NCBI GenBank assembly: GCA_963675665.1 | Contig: OY776510.1 | Span: forward strand, 3,616,001-3,680,000 | Direction of reading: 5' to 3' | Origin: Spirochaetia bacterium | GTDB lineage: Bacteria; Spirochaetota; Spirochaetia; UBA9216 | Length of the DNA stretch: 64,000 nt | In this document: piece by piece, positions 1-10,160 of the stretch | Layout of the letters: every line of letters begins with the position of its first letter | How positions within the stretch are numbered: position 1 is the stretch's first letter | The notes under the pieces: generated by a model | Told to the model about the DNA's origin: nothing | Database searches by the model: none | Seen by the model: the letters and a program-made list of their open reading frames with translations, nothing else | Made by a program: the position numbers and the translations under genes

Positions 1-789
1 AGCAAAAGAGCAGACGGCCCGTTTATAAGAGTTAACTGCGCTGCATTACCCGAACATCTGCTTGAAAGTGAATTATTCGGTCATGTCAAAGGTGCATTTA
101 CAGATGCTACATCAGACAGAAGAGGCCGGTTTGAACTTGCGAACGGCGGTACCATTTTTCTTGATGAAATAGGCGATATGCCATACAATCTCCAAAGCAA
201 ACTTCTTCGCGTTTTACAGCATATGGTATTTGAAAAAGTTGGTGCCAGCGAGCCTGTAAGTGTTAACGTAAGAGTTCTTGCTGCTACAAATAAAGATATA
301 GAGAAATCAATCGAGGAGGGTGGTTTCAGAAAAGACCTGTATTACCGTCTTAATGTTCTTCCGTTTTTTATTCCTCCGCTTCGTGAGCGTGTAGAAGACA
401 TTCCGGTTCTTGCTGATTTCTTTCTGAAAAAGTTTAACAGGGAACTTAAACGGAAAATAAACGGTTTCAGCAATGAAGCAATAGAAGCTCTCATGAGTTA
501 TTCATGGCCTGGAAATGTCAGGGAGCTTGAGAATGTTATTGAAAGATCTGCTGTAATCTGCGATGATGAGTTTATTAAGCCGCAGCATCTTTTACTGGTA
601 AGCAGCCTTAATGAAAACAATGAATATGAGAATAAAAATCTTAAAGATGCTTTAAACACTTTTAAGAGATATTTTATCCGCAAAGCTCTTGAGCAGAACA
701 GCTGGAACCAAACTGAAACATCTGTAAAACTCGGGATACAGCGGACTTATTTATCAAGACTTATTAAAGAGCTTGATATAAAAAACTGA
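1..789 (+). CDS. sigma-54-dependent Fis-family transcriptional activator (5' truncated by window edge)
   Basis: Frame is open from base 1: [57 protein letters not shown] and a C-terminal Fis HTH. The ORF-track start at 178 is internal. Confidence 0.93.
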   Translation, partial: SKRADGPFIRVNCAALPEHLLESELFGHVKGAFTDATSDRRGRFELANGGTIFLDEIGDMPYNLQSKLLRVLQHMVFEKVGASEPVSVNVRVLAATNKDIEKSIEEGGFRKDLYYRLNVLPFFIPPLRERVEDIPVLADFFLKKFNRELKRKINGFSNEAIEALMSYSWPGNVRELENVIERSAVICDDEFIKPQHLLLVSSLNENNEYENKNLKDALNTFKRYFIRKALEQNSWNQTETSVKLGIQRTYLSRLIKELDIKN

Positions 790-821
790 GAATTTTTTAC
801 TTAAAGGAGCCTTCAACACTT

Positions 822-1508
822 ATGATTGACAAACGGACTGAATTAAAGGGCAAGGATAAATTTCTTGCCGATTTATCTTCTTTTCTGGAGAAACATAAAT
901 ACTTTTTATTGATTGCGCTGGCGGTTATTGTCGTCGCCATTATCGTTGTTGCGGTAATCGACTCGGCTGTTGAGAAGAAAGTAAATGTATCGGCCGCACT
1001 TATCGAGCAGGTGCAGAAAGATTATGACGACTGGATTGTTCTTGACGACGAAGATTCAGATAAAGCTCAGAAAAAAAATGATTTGTTGATTTCACTTGAT
1101 TCCATTATTTCTGATTATCCTTCGACATATGCAGAGCAGAGGGCTTATTTTCTGAAAGCCAATATCAGTTTTTCAGAAGAGTCCTGGACTGACGCCGCAT
1201 TATTATTTTCAACCTCCGCAGAGGTTAACCGGGAAAGCTATCTTGCCCCTGTTGCTCTGATGCTTTCAGCTTCGTCACTTGAAAATGCCTCGGATTACCA
1301 GAAAGCTATCGAAATATACAGAGATATTTGTGACAAATACGATAAAATATACCCGGATGTTCCGCATGCCATGCTTTCAATAGCAAGGCTTTATGAACAA
1401 ACCGGTGATATTGCTTCTGCAACTAATTCATACAATGAACTGCTGGATAAATATCCCGGCAGCGGCTGGTCTTCATTTGCCCGCACAAGACTCATAAATC
1501 TTGATTAA
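822..1508 (+). CDS. membrane-anchored TPR protein (YfgM-like)
   Basis: N-terminal TM helix followed by TPR-like helices; AAGGAG upstream. Confidence 0.75.
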   Translation: MIDKRTELKGKDKFLADLSSFLEKHKYFLLIALAVIVVAIIVVAVIDSAVEKKVNVSAALIEQVQKDYDDWIVLDDEDSDKAQKKNDLLISLDSIISDYPSTYAEQRAYFLKANISFSEESWTDAALLFSTSAEVNRESYLAPVALMLSASSLENASDYQKAIEIYRDICDKYDKIYPDVPHAMLSIARLYEQTGDIASATNSYNELLDKYPGSGWSSFARTRLINLD

Positions 1509-1530
1509 TTTAAAGATTCAGAGGTATTTT

Positions 1531-1586
1531 TAAGCCTTTTTCAGCATATTTCGTTTTTTAACATAAGTTTCTGCTAAAAAGGCTTA
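1531..1586. terminator. imperfect inverted repeat, possible terminator
   Basis: TAAGCCTTTTTCAGCA ... TGCTAAAAAGGCTTA downstream of the TPR gene, with a large loop. Confidence 0.4.
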
Positions 1587-1710
1587 TATAAAAAAAAACC
1601 TTTTTTTTTCATGTAATTCAGGTGATAATTATAAAAGTATATTTTGATGTTAAAACATCTTTTTGGTGTTAATACGTCTGTCGGCTTTAACCGAAACGGG
1701 AGATTTATAA

Positions 1711-4098
1711 ATGAGCAGGAAAAAACATCGTTTAAAAATTCTGGAAACAAAGTATTTCTGTTTTATTATCGGGGCACTTGTTCTACTTTCATTTTATTTA
1801 ATTTCCAACTATACCGTAATTTTTTCACGGCTAGATAACAGTATGCTCGATACATTATTCAGGTATCGTACCGACAGAATAGAACAGGACATACAGGTAG
1901 GTGTTAGCTATGAAGATTTCAATCCGAATATCTCACCTGATATACTGATTGTCGGAATTGATTTAAAAACCCTTGAACGCCTCGGACGTTTTCCCTTTCC
2001 GAGATGGCGTCATGCTGATTTTCTGAACTCAATTTCTAGAATTCAGAATCAGAATGAACGGGAAAATTCGTTATTTCTTGACCTTCTGTTCGGAGATTCT
2101 ATTGATAACCCTACCTATGACGGCCTGCTGATAGACGCATTCAAGGAACACGGCAAAGTTTTTACTGAAACTTATCTTGATGAATTTCCGCCTCCCGCAG
2201 GCAGTTATGACGAATATTACATACGTCAGCAGATATTATATGACAATTACGGCAAGATTAAATCTGATAAAGTCTCCGGTAACTGGCAGGATCTGCCCGC
2301 GTTCTATGGTATACAGCCTCCGCTTGCACCTTATGGTAAGGCAGCTTACGGATATGGCCATGCCAACTTCAAGGAAGATCATGATGATGTATACCGTCGA
2401 CAACCGCTTTTAGGCAAATCAAGCAAACTGGTCGATACACTACGCCTCGATGAACTGACTGTGGATTATCCTGTCGATGAAACTTCTTTTGAACGCCTGG
2501 TCTGGACTGATCGTATCGGAATCAAGCATAATATTGAATATCCGTTAACAGATTCTGTAATTCAAAAAGTCAAAAATATGATGGAGAATGATGCTCCTCT
2601 TAAAACTGCTGATACAAATGAGGACGGTGAACCGGATGATTCTTATTATATAATTGAAAAATACATGGACAACCTTGTCCCTTCTATAACGCTTTCTCTG
2701 GCATGTAATTATCTTAATAAAAAACTTTCGGACCTTGTTATCGTTATTGGTGAATATATTCTCATCTCAAACCCTGAAAAATTTAATACAGAAACAGGGG
2801 AGTGGGAACCGTATCGAATTATTGACTCTCCGGCAGAAATTGATGATGAAGGAAATTTAATTTCGGAAGAAATAAGCCATCCTGTTCCGGAAATCAGAAT
2901 TCCTATTGATGACGAATGTGAAATGCTCATCAATTTTATGGGTTATCCTTCATTTGCCGCTTCCGGAGAAAAACAGACATATCCCGTCAGATCATATGCT
3001 GGTTATGCAATGAATCCGCCAGCCAAAGATTCAAGATGGCCTCCGACAAAAGCTCTGGGTAATAAAATTGTAATGGTAGGAGCCTTTACAAAAGGTATGG
3101 CTGCAGATCAGAAACCGACCCCTTACGGCCTTATGTTTGGAGTTGAAGTTCATGCAAATGCACTTAACACCATACTCATGAATAATTTCCTTACTGCAGC
3201 ACCGGTATGGCTGGATTTTCTTATTCTTACAGTTTTTATTTTTCTTATTGCTTTTCTTGCGTCCCGTTTTTCAACATTGCCTTCATTATTTATTTCTTTG
3301 ATAATGATACTTCTGATATTCTTCGGTTCAAGTTATATTTTTGATAACTACGACTATATAATCTCTTTCTTTGAGCCTGCTATTGCTATTGTTGTTACAT
3401 TTTTACTAATAATAGCATATCGCGCAATGACTGAAGAACGTGACAAACGAAAAATAAAGGGAATGTTCGGGACTTATCTCAGTCCGAAAGTAGTTGAACA
3501 GATTATAGATAATCCGCCAGAGCTGGGTGGGGTTGATAAAAACCTATCAGTATTCTTTTCCGATATACGGGGGTTCACTACTTTGTCCGAATCAATGCCG
3601 CCTCAAGAACTTGTACAACTCCTCAACAAATATCTTACGGCAATGACTGATATTATTCTTGAATATGAAGGAACACTTGATAAATATGAAGGCGACGCAA
3701 TCATGTGTTTCTGGGGTGCGCCGCTGCCTCAGGAAGATCATGCCTACAGAGCCTGCTGTTCTGCTGTAAAACAGATTGAAGCCCTTAAAGAACTTAATAC
3801 TACGCTTCCTCCGGAAAAACAGATAAATATTGGAATCGGTATTAATTCAGGAATTATGACTGTAGGCAATATGGGTTCAACACAGCGTATGGATTATACC
3901 CTGATAGGCGACAATGTAAACCTTGGTGCACGCCTTGAAGGAACCAATAAACAATATAGAACAAATATAATAATAAGCGAAAATACTTACGGCCTTGTTA
4001 AAGATAAAGTTATTGCACGTGAACTTGACAATATCAGGGTAAAAGGTAAGAATAAGCCCGTGTTGATTTATGAGCTTATTGATATTGTTGAACAATAA
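1711..4098 (+). CDS. CHASE2-domain class III adenylate/guanylate cyclase
   Basis: IVGIDLKTL..GRFPFPRWRHA and GVEVHANALNTIL (CHASE2), 3 TM helices, then FSDIRGFT, DKYEGDAIM and DYTLIGDNVNLGARLEG. K and D specificity residues suggest ATP as substrate. Confidence 0.92.
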   Translation: MSRKKHRLKILETKYFCFIIGALVLLSFYLISNYTVIFSRLDNSMLDTLFRYRTDRIEQDIQVGVSYEDFNPNISPDILIVGIDLKTLERLGRFPFPRWRHADFLNSISRIQNQNERENSLFLDLLFGDSIDNPTYDGLLIDAFKEHGKVFTETYLDEFPPPAGSYDEYYIRQQILYDNYGKIKSDKVSGNWQDLPAFYGIQPPLAPYGKAAYGYGHANFKEDHDDVYRRQPLLGKSSKLVDTLRLDELTVDYPVDETSFERLVWTDRIGIKHNIEYPLTDSVIQKVKNMMENDAPLKTADTNEDGEPDDSYYIIEKYMDNLVPSITLSLACNYLNKKLSDLVIVIGEYILISNPEKFNTETGEWEPYRIIDSPAEIDDEGNLISEEISHPVPEIRIPIDDECEMLINFMGYPSFAASGEKQTYPVRSYAGYAMNPPAKDSRWPPTKALGNKIVMVGAFTKGMAADQKPTPYGLMFGVEVHANALNTILMNNFLTAAPVWLDFLILTVFIFLIAFLASRFSTLPSLFISLIMILLIFFGSSYIFDNYDYIISFFEPAIAIVVTFLLIIAYRAMTEERDKRKIKGMFGTYLSPKVVEQIIDNPPELGGVDKNLSVFFSDIRGFTTLSESMPPQELVQLLNKYLTAMTDIILEYEGTLDKYEGDAIMCFWGAPLPQEDHAYRACCSAVKQIEALKELNTTLPPEKQINIGIGINSGIMTVGNMGSTQRMDYTLIGDNVNLGARLEGTNKQYRTNIIISENTYGLVKDKVIARELDNIRVKGKNKPVLIYELIDIVEQ

Positions 4099-4912
4099 AA
4101 TTAATTTTATAGCCGTTTTCAGGAAAAACGGCTATATCATTTTCATTTTTTTTATCGCTTTCTTTTCGTTTTTAATAGGGTCATGCGGACTTCCTACGTA
4201 TCCTTATCTCTATGCACCAGAGATTGCAGAGACCCGTACAAATCCTGAAAATAATGATTATGACCTTATTTTCAACAATGCTTCTGATAATAATACCAAT
4301 ATCTTCAGCGGTTATGAGGTTTATTATAAAATTTACGATCCGCTCGATTCCGCTACAGCAGGAGCTGCAACAGAATATATTACAGACAGAAATAATATTA
4401 CCGCTATTACCGGAGCAAACAGAAACACCTTAATTTCAAAAGATTTTAACAGGCTTTTTTTCACAACAACCATCGATGATACTTCGTTCCTGCATAACGA
4501 ATCTTTTCCTTCATTTCAGATTACACAATCTTTGCTTGATGAAGAATTTAAGATAAGGCTTCTTATGCAGCAGGGGCTTTCAGCAGGACAATCATTTTTT
4601 GCTGCTGTTTGGGGTAACAGTTCATTGAGTTTTCCGGAAACTCAATATTTTTACCGTTGGGTTTATAATGAATTCGAACATACATCAAAACGTAAATTTT
4701 TTAATAATGATGATTTTAATATTTATGATAATGATCTGCCTGATTCAATTGATTATTCAAGCCTGGAAGAATCATTGACCGGTGATTATTATCTTTATAT
4801 TACATTTTATATTTTTTCATATGGAAGAGATCCTGATGATATTACCAAGTCAGTATACAGTTCACCTGTATATCTCGGTACTCTTAAATTTGATTGTATC
4901 TTTGAAAACTGA
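4070..4912 (+). CDS. putative lipoprotein (true start may be slightly downstream)
   Basis: Hydrophobic stretch ending LIGS-C lipobox; 280-aa ORF. Confidence 0.65.
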   Translation: MSLLILLNNKINFIAVFRKNGYIIFIFFIAFFSFLIGSCGLPTYPYLYAPEIAETRTNPENNDYDLIFNNASDNNTNIFSGYEVYYKIYDPLDSATAGAATEYITDRNNITAITGANRNTLISKDFNRLFFTTTIDDTSFLHNESFPSFQITQSLLDEEFKIRLLMQQGLSAGQSFFAAVWGNSSLSFPETQYFYRWVYNEFEHTSKRKFFNNDDFNIYDNDLPDSIDYSSLEESLTGDYYLYITFYIFSYGRDPDDITKSVYSSPVYLGTLKFDCIFEN

Positions 4913-4987
4913 TTTTACTGTTTTTACTATATACTATTCTATTATAATATTTAAGATTTTTTTTAGCTTGATGGGGAGTATCAATGT

Positions 4988-5284
4988 ATGAGTTTTTACA
5001 TCATTAATCTTTTATTAACCTATATTCTTATAGGTGTTGTTTTTTCAACTTTATTTTTCTTTTTAATTAAAAAGGACAATACACTTTTAAAATATTTCTT
5101 TTGTCTTCTTTTCGGTATAATAGGCTCATTTCTTGGAGTATTCTTCGGTTCAATAATACATTTTGATCCTTTAAAATATATATATTTCTTTAAGGAGATT
5201 TTTACAACCGGAATATTCTGGCCGTCTGTTTTTTCATTTATTGTTCTTTTTCTTTATACTAAGTCTTTTGAAGATAAAAGATAA
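4988..5284 (+). CDS. small membrane protein (GlsB/YeaQ-like GIIGSFLG motif)
   Basis: About 3 TM segments; GGGGAG RBS upstream. Confidence 0.55.
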   Translation: MSFYIINLLLTYILIGVVFSTLFFFLIKKDNTLLKYFFCLLFGIIGSFLGVFFGSIIHFDPLKYIYFFKEIFTTGIFWPSVFSFIVLFLYTKSFEDKR

Positions 5285-5315
5285 CTGTTTTTAACTGAAT
5301 CTTTGCCCTTCCACG

Positions 5316-5343
5316 ACTTCCGATAATGTATATTCTGTCTACT
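5316..5343. other. putative dif (XerC/XerD chromosome dimer resolution) site
   Basis: ACTTCCGATAA-TGTATA-TTCTGTCTACT, 11-6-11 layout. Compare B. subtilis ACTTCCTAGAA-TATATA-TTATGTAAACT and the E. coli core ATAATGTATATTATGT. Intergenic and AT-rich. Confidence 0.7.
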
Positions 5344-5504
5344 TATAATATTATATCTAATAACTATTTTGCGTTTTACGTTTTTTAACACACAATAATT
5401 TACTTTAGAATGTATAAATAAATATACATATTCTTGCTCTTTATTATATCTTTCAGTCCCCTGCTATCTATAATCTTTATTTTATCTGTGTTATTATTAT
5501 TTGT

Positions 5505-6305
5505 ATGAATAATTATACACCATTAGAATCATTTGAACATTTATATCAGATTATCAAGAAATTACGATCTCCTGAAGGTTGTCCATGGGACAGACAACAA
5601 ACCCCTGACAGTATTAAAGAAAATATTATTGAAGAAGCGTATGAATGTTTTGATGCTATAATTGAAAATGATCATCAACATATCTGTGAAGAAATCGGCG
5701 ATATCTATTTACTTGCTACTTTCGAAGCTGTTATGTTTGAAGAACAGAACTTGTTTACGATTAACGATGTTTTTGAAGGAATCTGTAGAAAACTGATAAG
5801 ACGGCACCCTCATGTTTTTTCTGATGACAGTTCGGCAGACACTCCAGAGAAAGTTATCCATCAATGGGAAGATATCAAGGATAATATTGAGGGACGGATT
5901 AAAAATAAAAGTGTCCTCGACTCCGTGCCAAAGCATTTCCCTCCCCTTTTAAAAGCCCTTAAAATACAGAAAAAAGCCGCCAAGGAAAACTTTGACTGGA
6001 CTAAAATTGAAGATGTAATAAACAAGCTTGATGAAGAGATTTTAGAATTCAAGACAGCTTTAATTGATAATCAACAAAAAGATATTGAAGAAGAATTTGG
6101 TGACATTCTTTTTTCTCTGGTAAACATTGCCCGTTTTTTATCTATTGATCCGTCTACAGCCCTGACCCGTACCAATAATAAATTTATAGAACGATTTAAA
6201 TATATTGAAAAGACAATAAAAGACCGCGGACTTTCAATGAAAGACACGAATCTTGAAGAACTTGATTCCCTCTGGAAAGAGTCAAAAACAAACGCAGCCG
6301 AATAG
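5505..6305 (+). CDS. mazG: nucleoside triphosphate pyrophosphohydrolase MazG
   Basis: LRSPEGCPWDRQQT, EEIGD, KLIRRHPHVF and a second MazG domain (EEFGDILF). Confidence 0.95.
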   Translation: MNNYTPLESFEHLYQIIKKLRSPEGCPWDRQQTPDSIKENIIEEAYECFDAIIENDHQHICEEIGDIYLLATFEAVMFEEQNLFTINDVFEGICRKLIRRHPHVFSDDSSADTPEKVIHQWEDIKDNIEGRIKNKSVLDSVPKHFPPLLKALKIQKKAAKENFDWTKIEDVINKLDEEILEFKTALIDNQQKDIEEEFGDILFSLVNIARFLSIDPSTALTRTNNKFIERFKYIEKTIKDRGLSMKDTNLEELDSLWKESKTNAAE

Positions 6306-6331
6306 CTATCCTGATATAACCAAGCAGCTGT

Positions 6332-8830
6332 TTAGTCATAACACAGAAAATAATCATTCCTAATATCATCTGACATTGTGCAAACTGTTGCCTTTCTAGT
6401 TACAGCGTAATTATCAAACGGGTATTCTTCGCCATATTCGTCTTTTAGGAATTTAAATAAGTTTAAAATATTTCCACTTTCCGTTTTCCAGGTTTTTAAA
6501 TTTAATATATTGTTTTTTTCTGAATCTCTTTCAATGTTAACACCGCTTTTATTTTCAAGATTCGCATAAAGTTTTTCAGCCGTAAAACTGTTAGAACAAG
6601 TTATTTTATAAATTCCGCCGTTATATGTAGACATAAGAGACGGAACTTTCTTCCCGGTAGCTTCACAAAGTATTGATTTTATTAACTTTGCTTTTGTCAC
6701 TTTAATGCCCGAAGGAAGTGCTTTATTTAATTTTTCTATAAAGTAATTTCCCAAGTCATCTATACATATTTTTTCGTCTTCCAGTATTTCAATTGATGCG
6801 ATTTCATCCTCCGATTCAAAACCAAGCGTTATGGGATTCGCAAATTCAAGTTTAGGTTTGGGATTGAAGCCCGTAGTATAATTTAAATCTACACCGGCTC
6901 TGATAAAAGCCCTTTCAAAAACATTCATCACATTTATATGAGACAAAAAAGCCGCCTTTCCCTTTTTTATAAATGAGAAAAGTATCTTCTGTTTTACCGA
7001 CCTCACTTCCGTGTCATCGCCCTTCTTCACCTCGAATTCTTTTAATATTTTTTCTATTTCCTTATCATTTTCATTTTTGAATATGCTATTCCCGTTCCCA
7101 CATGCTCCGCATAAATGTTCACAATCGTTACTGCATGCTGAAGTCATTTCACCGCTAAAAGCTTTTTCGTACTCTTCTTTTAAAAAAGCCATTCCGACAT
7201 TAAGGTTTACATCGTCCCACGGCAGTTTCGTTTCATAATATTTATTGGAACAAATATCATTCTCAATATCAATACCTGATTCCTCAATAGCAGTTCTCCA
7301 AACATCCCTCTTGAAATATTCTTCCCAAGCATCCAGTCCCGCTCCCTTTTTATAGGCATTTAAAATCAGTTTTCCGGCTTTCTCATCGCCTCTGCTGATT
7401 ATTCCTTCAATTAGAGACATAAACGGGGATTGGTATCCTACTTTAAAAAACTTATCCGGCAGGGCTCTTTTAATTTTAATTATTTTTTCGTACGCTTTTT
7501 CTTCAACTAGCTGGAATGACCATTGAAACGGGGTATGCGGTTTTGGTATAAACGTACCTATATTTATATTTAACTGCATTTTTGTTTCCCGTCCGACTTT
7601 CCTGAGAAAATTTATAATTTCATCTGTTTCATCTTCATTTTCAAAAAATGGAAGTCCTAGCATGAAATAAAATTTTGCTTTATTCCACCCCATTTTCTTT
7701 GCTTCCTTAAGTATTTCAATAATTCGGTCGACCGGAGCTTCCTTGTTCAAACCACGTTGATGTTTAATGTCGGGCGTCTCCACAGCGAACGTCAACCCGC
7801 TTTTTCTTACCTTTGATATTTCACTTATTAACGGCAGTGTAAAACTGTTAACCCTTATCGACGGGAATGAAAAAGATATTTTCTTTCCGCTGTACTTTTT
7901 ATTTAATATTTTTATAAGTTCAGCTATATGGCTGTAATCTCCGCTTGACAATGATGAAAGAGTTATTTCACGATAGCCGCAATTTTTAATTATCGAATCA
8001 ACTTCTTCTACCACCGTCTCAATATTCTTCTCTCTGAAAGGCCTGTAAAATATTCCGGCATGACAAAACCGACAACCGTTTGGACAGCCTCGCATTATCT
8101 CAACAACACCATGGTCCTGGACAGTAGCAATTGACGGAACAATCAACTTTTGTTCTTTTTTGCTTAATGAGAACCCGTTCCAAACAGCCTTCTTTACATT
8201 TTCATTCTTATTTTTGGCCCAAAAGTATTTTGATTTTTTAATCTCTTCAAGAAGATCTTCCCTGCTGCCGCCGGCAGATTTTATCCTGCTGTATTTTTCA
8301 ATCTCTTCGTTAAAATATTCTTCGGCTTCACCAATGTATACCGCATCTATAAAATCACCGAACGGTAATGGATTGGTTATTGCCGGCCCTCCTGCTATTA
8401 CTATTGGTGCATTTTTGCTGCGTTCAGTATTTTCCAGTTCAATTTTACTTAAATCGAGTATTTTTAAAATATTTGTAGCTGATAATTCATATCCGACTGT
8501 AAATGCAAGAATGTCATGTTCTTTTACATATTTTCCGGTTTCCAGAGTATACAACGGTATGTTTTTCTCTACTAATATTTTTTCAAAATCAGGAGCCGGG
8601 CAAAAAACCCTTTCACAGGAAACAGATGTCTCAAAATTTATTGTTTCATACAGGATCTTTACTGCCTGATTGGACATCCCTATTTCATAAAGATCGGGAA
8701 AACACAGCGCTACACTGAAAGAAGCTCCCGGTTTTTCCATAATGCCGAATTCTCCCCCTACATATCTTCCGGGTATTTTAACTCTCAGCAGCTCTTTTCG
8801 CAGATCGATCTCTGGTTTTATATTTATCAT
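6332..8830 (-). CDS. TIGR03960-type B12-binding-like radical SAM protein fused to TIGR03936/DUF2344 domain
   Basis: FPDLYEIGMSN, EIMRGCPNGCRFCHAG (CxxxCxxC), FIPKPHTPFQW, then KKGKAAFLSHINVM..GFNPKPKLEF. Confidence 0.88.
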   Translation of the reverse strand: MINIKPEIDLRKELLRVKIPGRYVGGEFGIMEKPGASFSVALCFPDLYEIGMSNQAVKILYETINFETSVSCERVFCPAPDFEKILVEKNIPLYTLETGKYVKEHDILAFTVGYELSATNILKILDLSKIELENTERSKNAPIVIAGGPAITNPLPFGDFIDAVYIGEAEEYFNEEIEKYSRIKSAGGSREDLLEEIKKSKYFWAKNKNENVKKAVWNGFSLSKKEQKLIVPSIATVQDHGVVEIMRGCPNGCRFCHAGIFYRPFREKNIETVVEEVDSIIKNCGYREITLSSLSSGDYSHIAELIKILNKKYSGKKISFSFPSIRVNSFTLPLISEISKVRKSGLTFAVETPDIKHQRGLNKEAPVDRIIEILKEAKKMGWNKAKFYFMLGLPFFENEDETDEIINFLRKVGRETKMQLNINIGTFIPKPHTPFQWSFQLVEEKAYEKIIKIKRALPDKFFKVGYQSPFMSLIEGIISRGDEKAGKLILNAYKKGAGLDAWEEYFKRDVWRTAIEESGIDIENDICSNKYYETKLPWDDVNLNVGMAFLKEEYEKAFSGEMTSACSNDCEHLCGACGNGNSIFKNENDKEIEKILKEFEVKKGDDTEVRSVKQKILFSFIKKGKAAFLSHINVMNVFERAFIRAGVDLNYTTGFNPKPKLEFANPITLGFESEDEIASIEILEDEKICIDDLGNYFIEKLNKALPSGIKVTKAKLIKSILCEATGKKVPSLMSTYNGGIYKITCSNSFTAEKLYANLENKSGVNIERDSEKNNILNLKTWKTESGNILNLFKFLKDEYGEEYPFDNYAVTRKATVCTMSDDIRNDYFLCYD

Positions 8831-8846
8831 AGCGTAAAAAAATATC

Positions 8847-10160
8847 CTAGTATTTATATTTATGCAAGTATATGCTTGAAATCAATCCGAGTCCGGCCAT
8901 TGTTGTAAACATTGAAGAACCGCCATATGAAACAAGCAACAGAGGGATTCCTGTTATCGGCATTATTCCGATAGCCATCCCTATATTTATAATGAAATGG
9001 AAAAATAACATCCCGACTACTCCGCACCCCAGATATAAGGCAAGAGGGTCTTTTGCTGAAAGCAAAATATATAAACTGCGTATTATTATAATAATGTATA
9101 ATGAAAAAACCAGCATACAACCTGCGAAACCCCACTCTTCTGCAATTATTGAGAATATAAAATCTGTGGACTGTTGCGGAAGATATCGATAATGGCTTTG
9201 TGTTCCCTGCAGAAAACCTTTTCCCGCAGATCCTCCAGAACCTACAGCAGTTATGGATTGAATTACGTTCCAACCCGCACCTTTGGGATCTATCTGCGGG
9301 TCAATAAAAATAATCAGACGTTTAAGCTGATAATCCTTAATATAATCATTTGCTCCGAGCGTCATCCCCATAGCGATAATAACAATAAGTGCAGCGAATG
9401 CAATCCAGTAGAAATATCTCTTTTTCATGAAAATCAATCCGGCCCCGCTCAAAATAAATATTAATACCGCTGATAAAATCACTATTAACAGCATTCTTTT
9501 ATCTGAAAAAACTTTGGCCGCAGCTATGCTTTTATCGGTTATTATATAACTGTCCCATGCCGGAATTATTATTGCCGACACTGCAAGTGCTCCGCAGAAA
9601 ATAACAAATATCAGGTACCTTTTTTTTATTCCTGACGCAAATGCCATTATTAAGAAAATGGGGAGGTAAACCATTGCAGTACCCATATCCGGCTGCACCA
9701 GGACTAAAAGCATTGGTATTCCCGTTTGAATCAAACTTAAAAAGAATCTTACAAAATCGGAATATTTATTTCTGCTTGCTTCAAAAAAACAGGCTAATCT
9801 TATAATAAGCGCAATCTTCATGAATTCGGACGGCTGAAACCCATGCCCCTTTATATTAAGCCAGGATCTTGCTCCGTTTACAGTATCACCGAAAAACAGT
9901 ACCAAAACCAGCATAGCCAGCATAAGTATATAAATATAAAAAGACAATCTGCGCAGTCGTTCGTAATCAAAGAATGATATGCTTATCATTATTACCAGAC
10001 CGATACATACCCATACTATTTGCTTAACATATTCATTATTCAGAAGTACGCCTTCGGAGGAAATACCGCTTGAATATATAAACATTATACCGATCACTGA
10101 AAGTGCTATTGCTGCTGCAAGAATCAGCAACGGAAATCTGAAAATTGATCTGTTCTTCAT
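8847..10160 (-). CDS. rodA: rod shape-determining SEDS protein RodA
   Basis: FQPSEFMK, QPDMGT, TDFIFS, GIPLLLVSYGGSS; lies in the mre operon. Confidence 0.95.
   Translation of the reverse strand: MKNRSIFRFPLLILAAAIALSVIGIMFIYSSGISSEGVLLNNEYVKQIVWVCIGLVIMISISFFDYERLRRLSFYIYILMLAMLVLVLFFGDTVNGARSWLNIKGHGFQPSEFMKIALIIRLACFFEASRNKYSDFVRFFLSLIQTGIPMLLVLVQPDMGTAMVYLPIFLIMAFASGIKKRYLIFVIFCGALAVSAIIIPAWDSYIITDKSIAAAKVFSDKRMLLIVILSAVLIFILSGAGLIFMKKRYFYWIAFAALIVIIAMGMTLGANDYIKDYQLKRLIIFIDPQIDPKGAGWNVIQSITAVGSGGSAGKGFLQGTQSHYRYLPQQSTDFIFSIIAEEWGFAGCMLVFSLYIIIIIRSLYILLSAKDPLALYLGCGVVGMLFFHFIINIGMAIGIMPITGIPLLLVSYGGSSMFTTMAGLGLISSIYLHKYKY

Noticed and set aside
1600-1710. Possible riboswitch upstream of the cyclase
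   Set aside because: Only a weak short hairpin; no recognisable aptamer consensus.
5285-5504. AT-rich gap as a possible oriC
   Set aside because: No TTATCCACA boxes and no dnaA; transcription converges rather than diverges; dif fits better.
5505-6305. MazG as an anti-phage or toxin-antitoxin component
   Set aside because: Standard two-domain housekeeping MazG with no toxin or defence neighbours.
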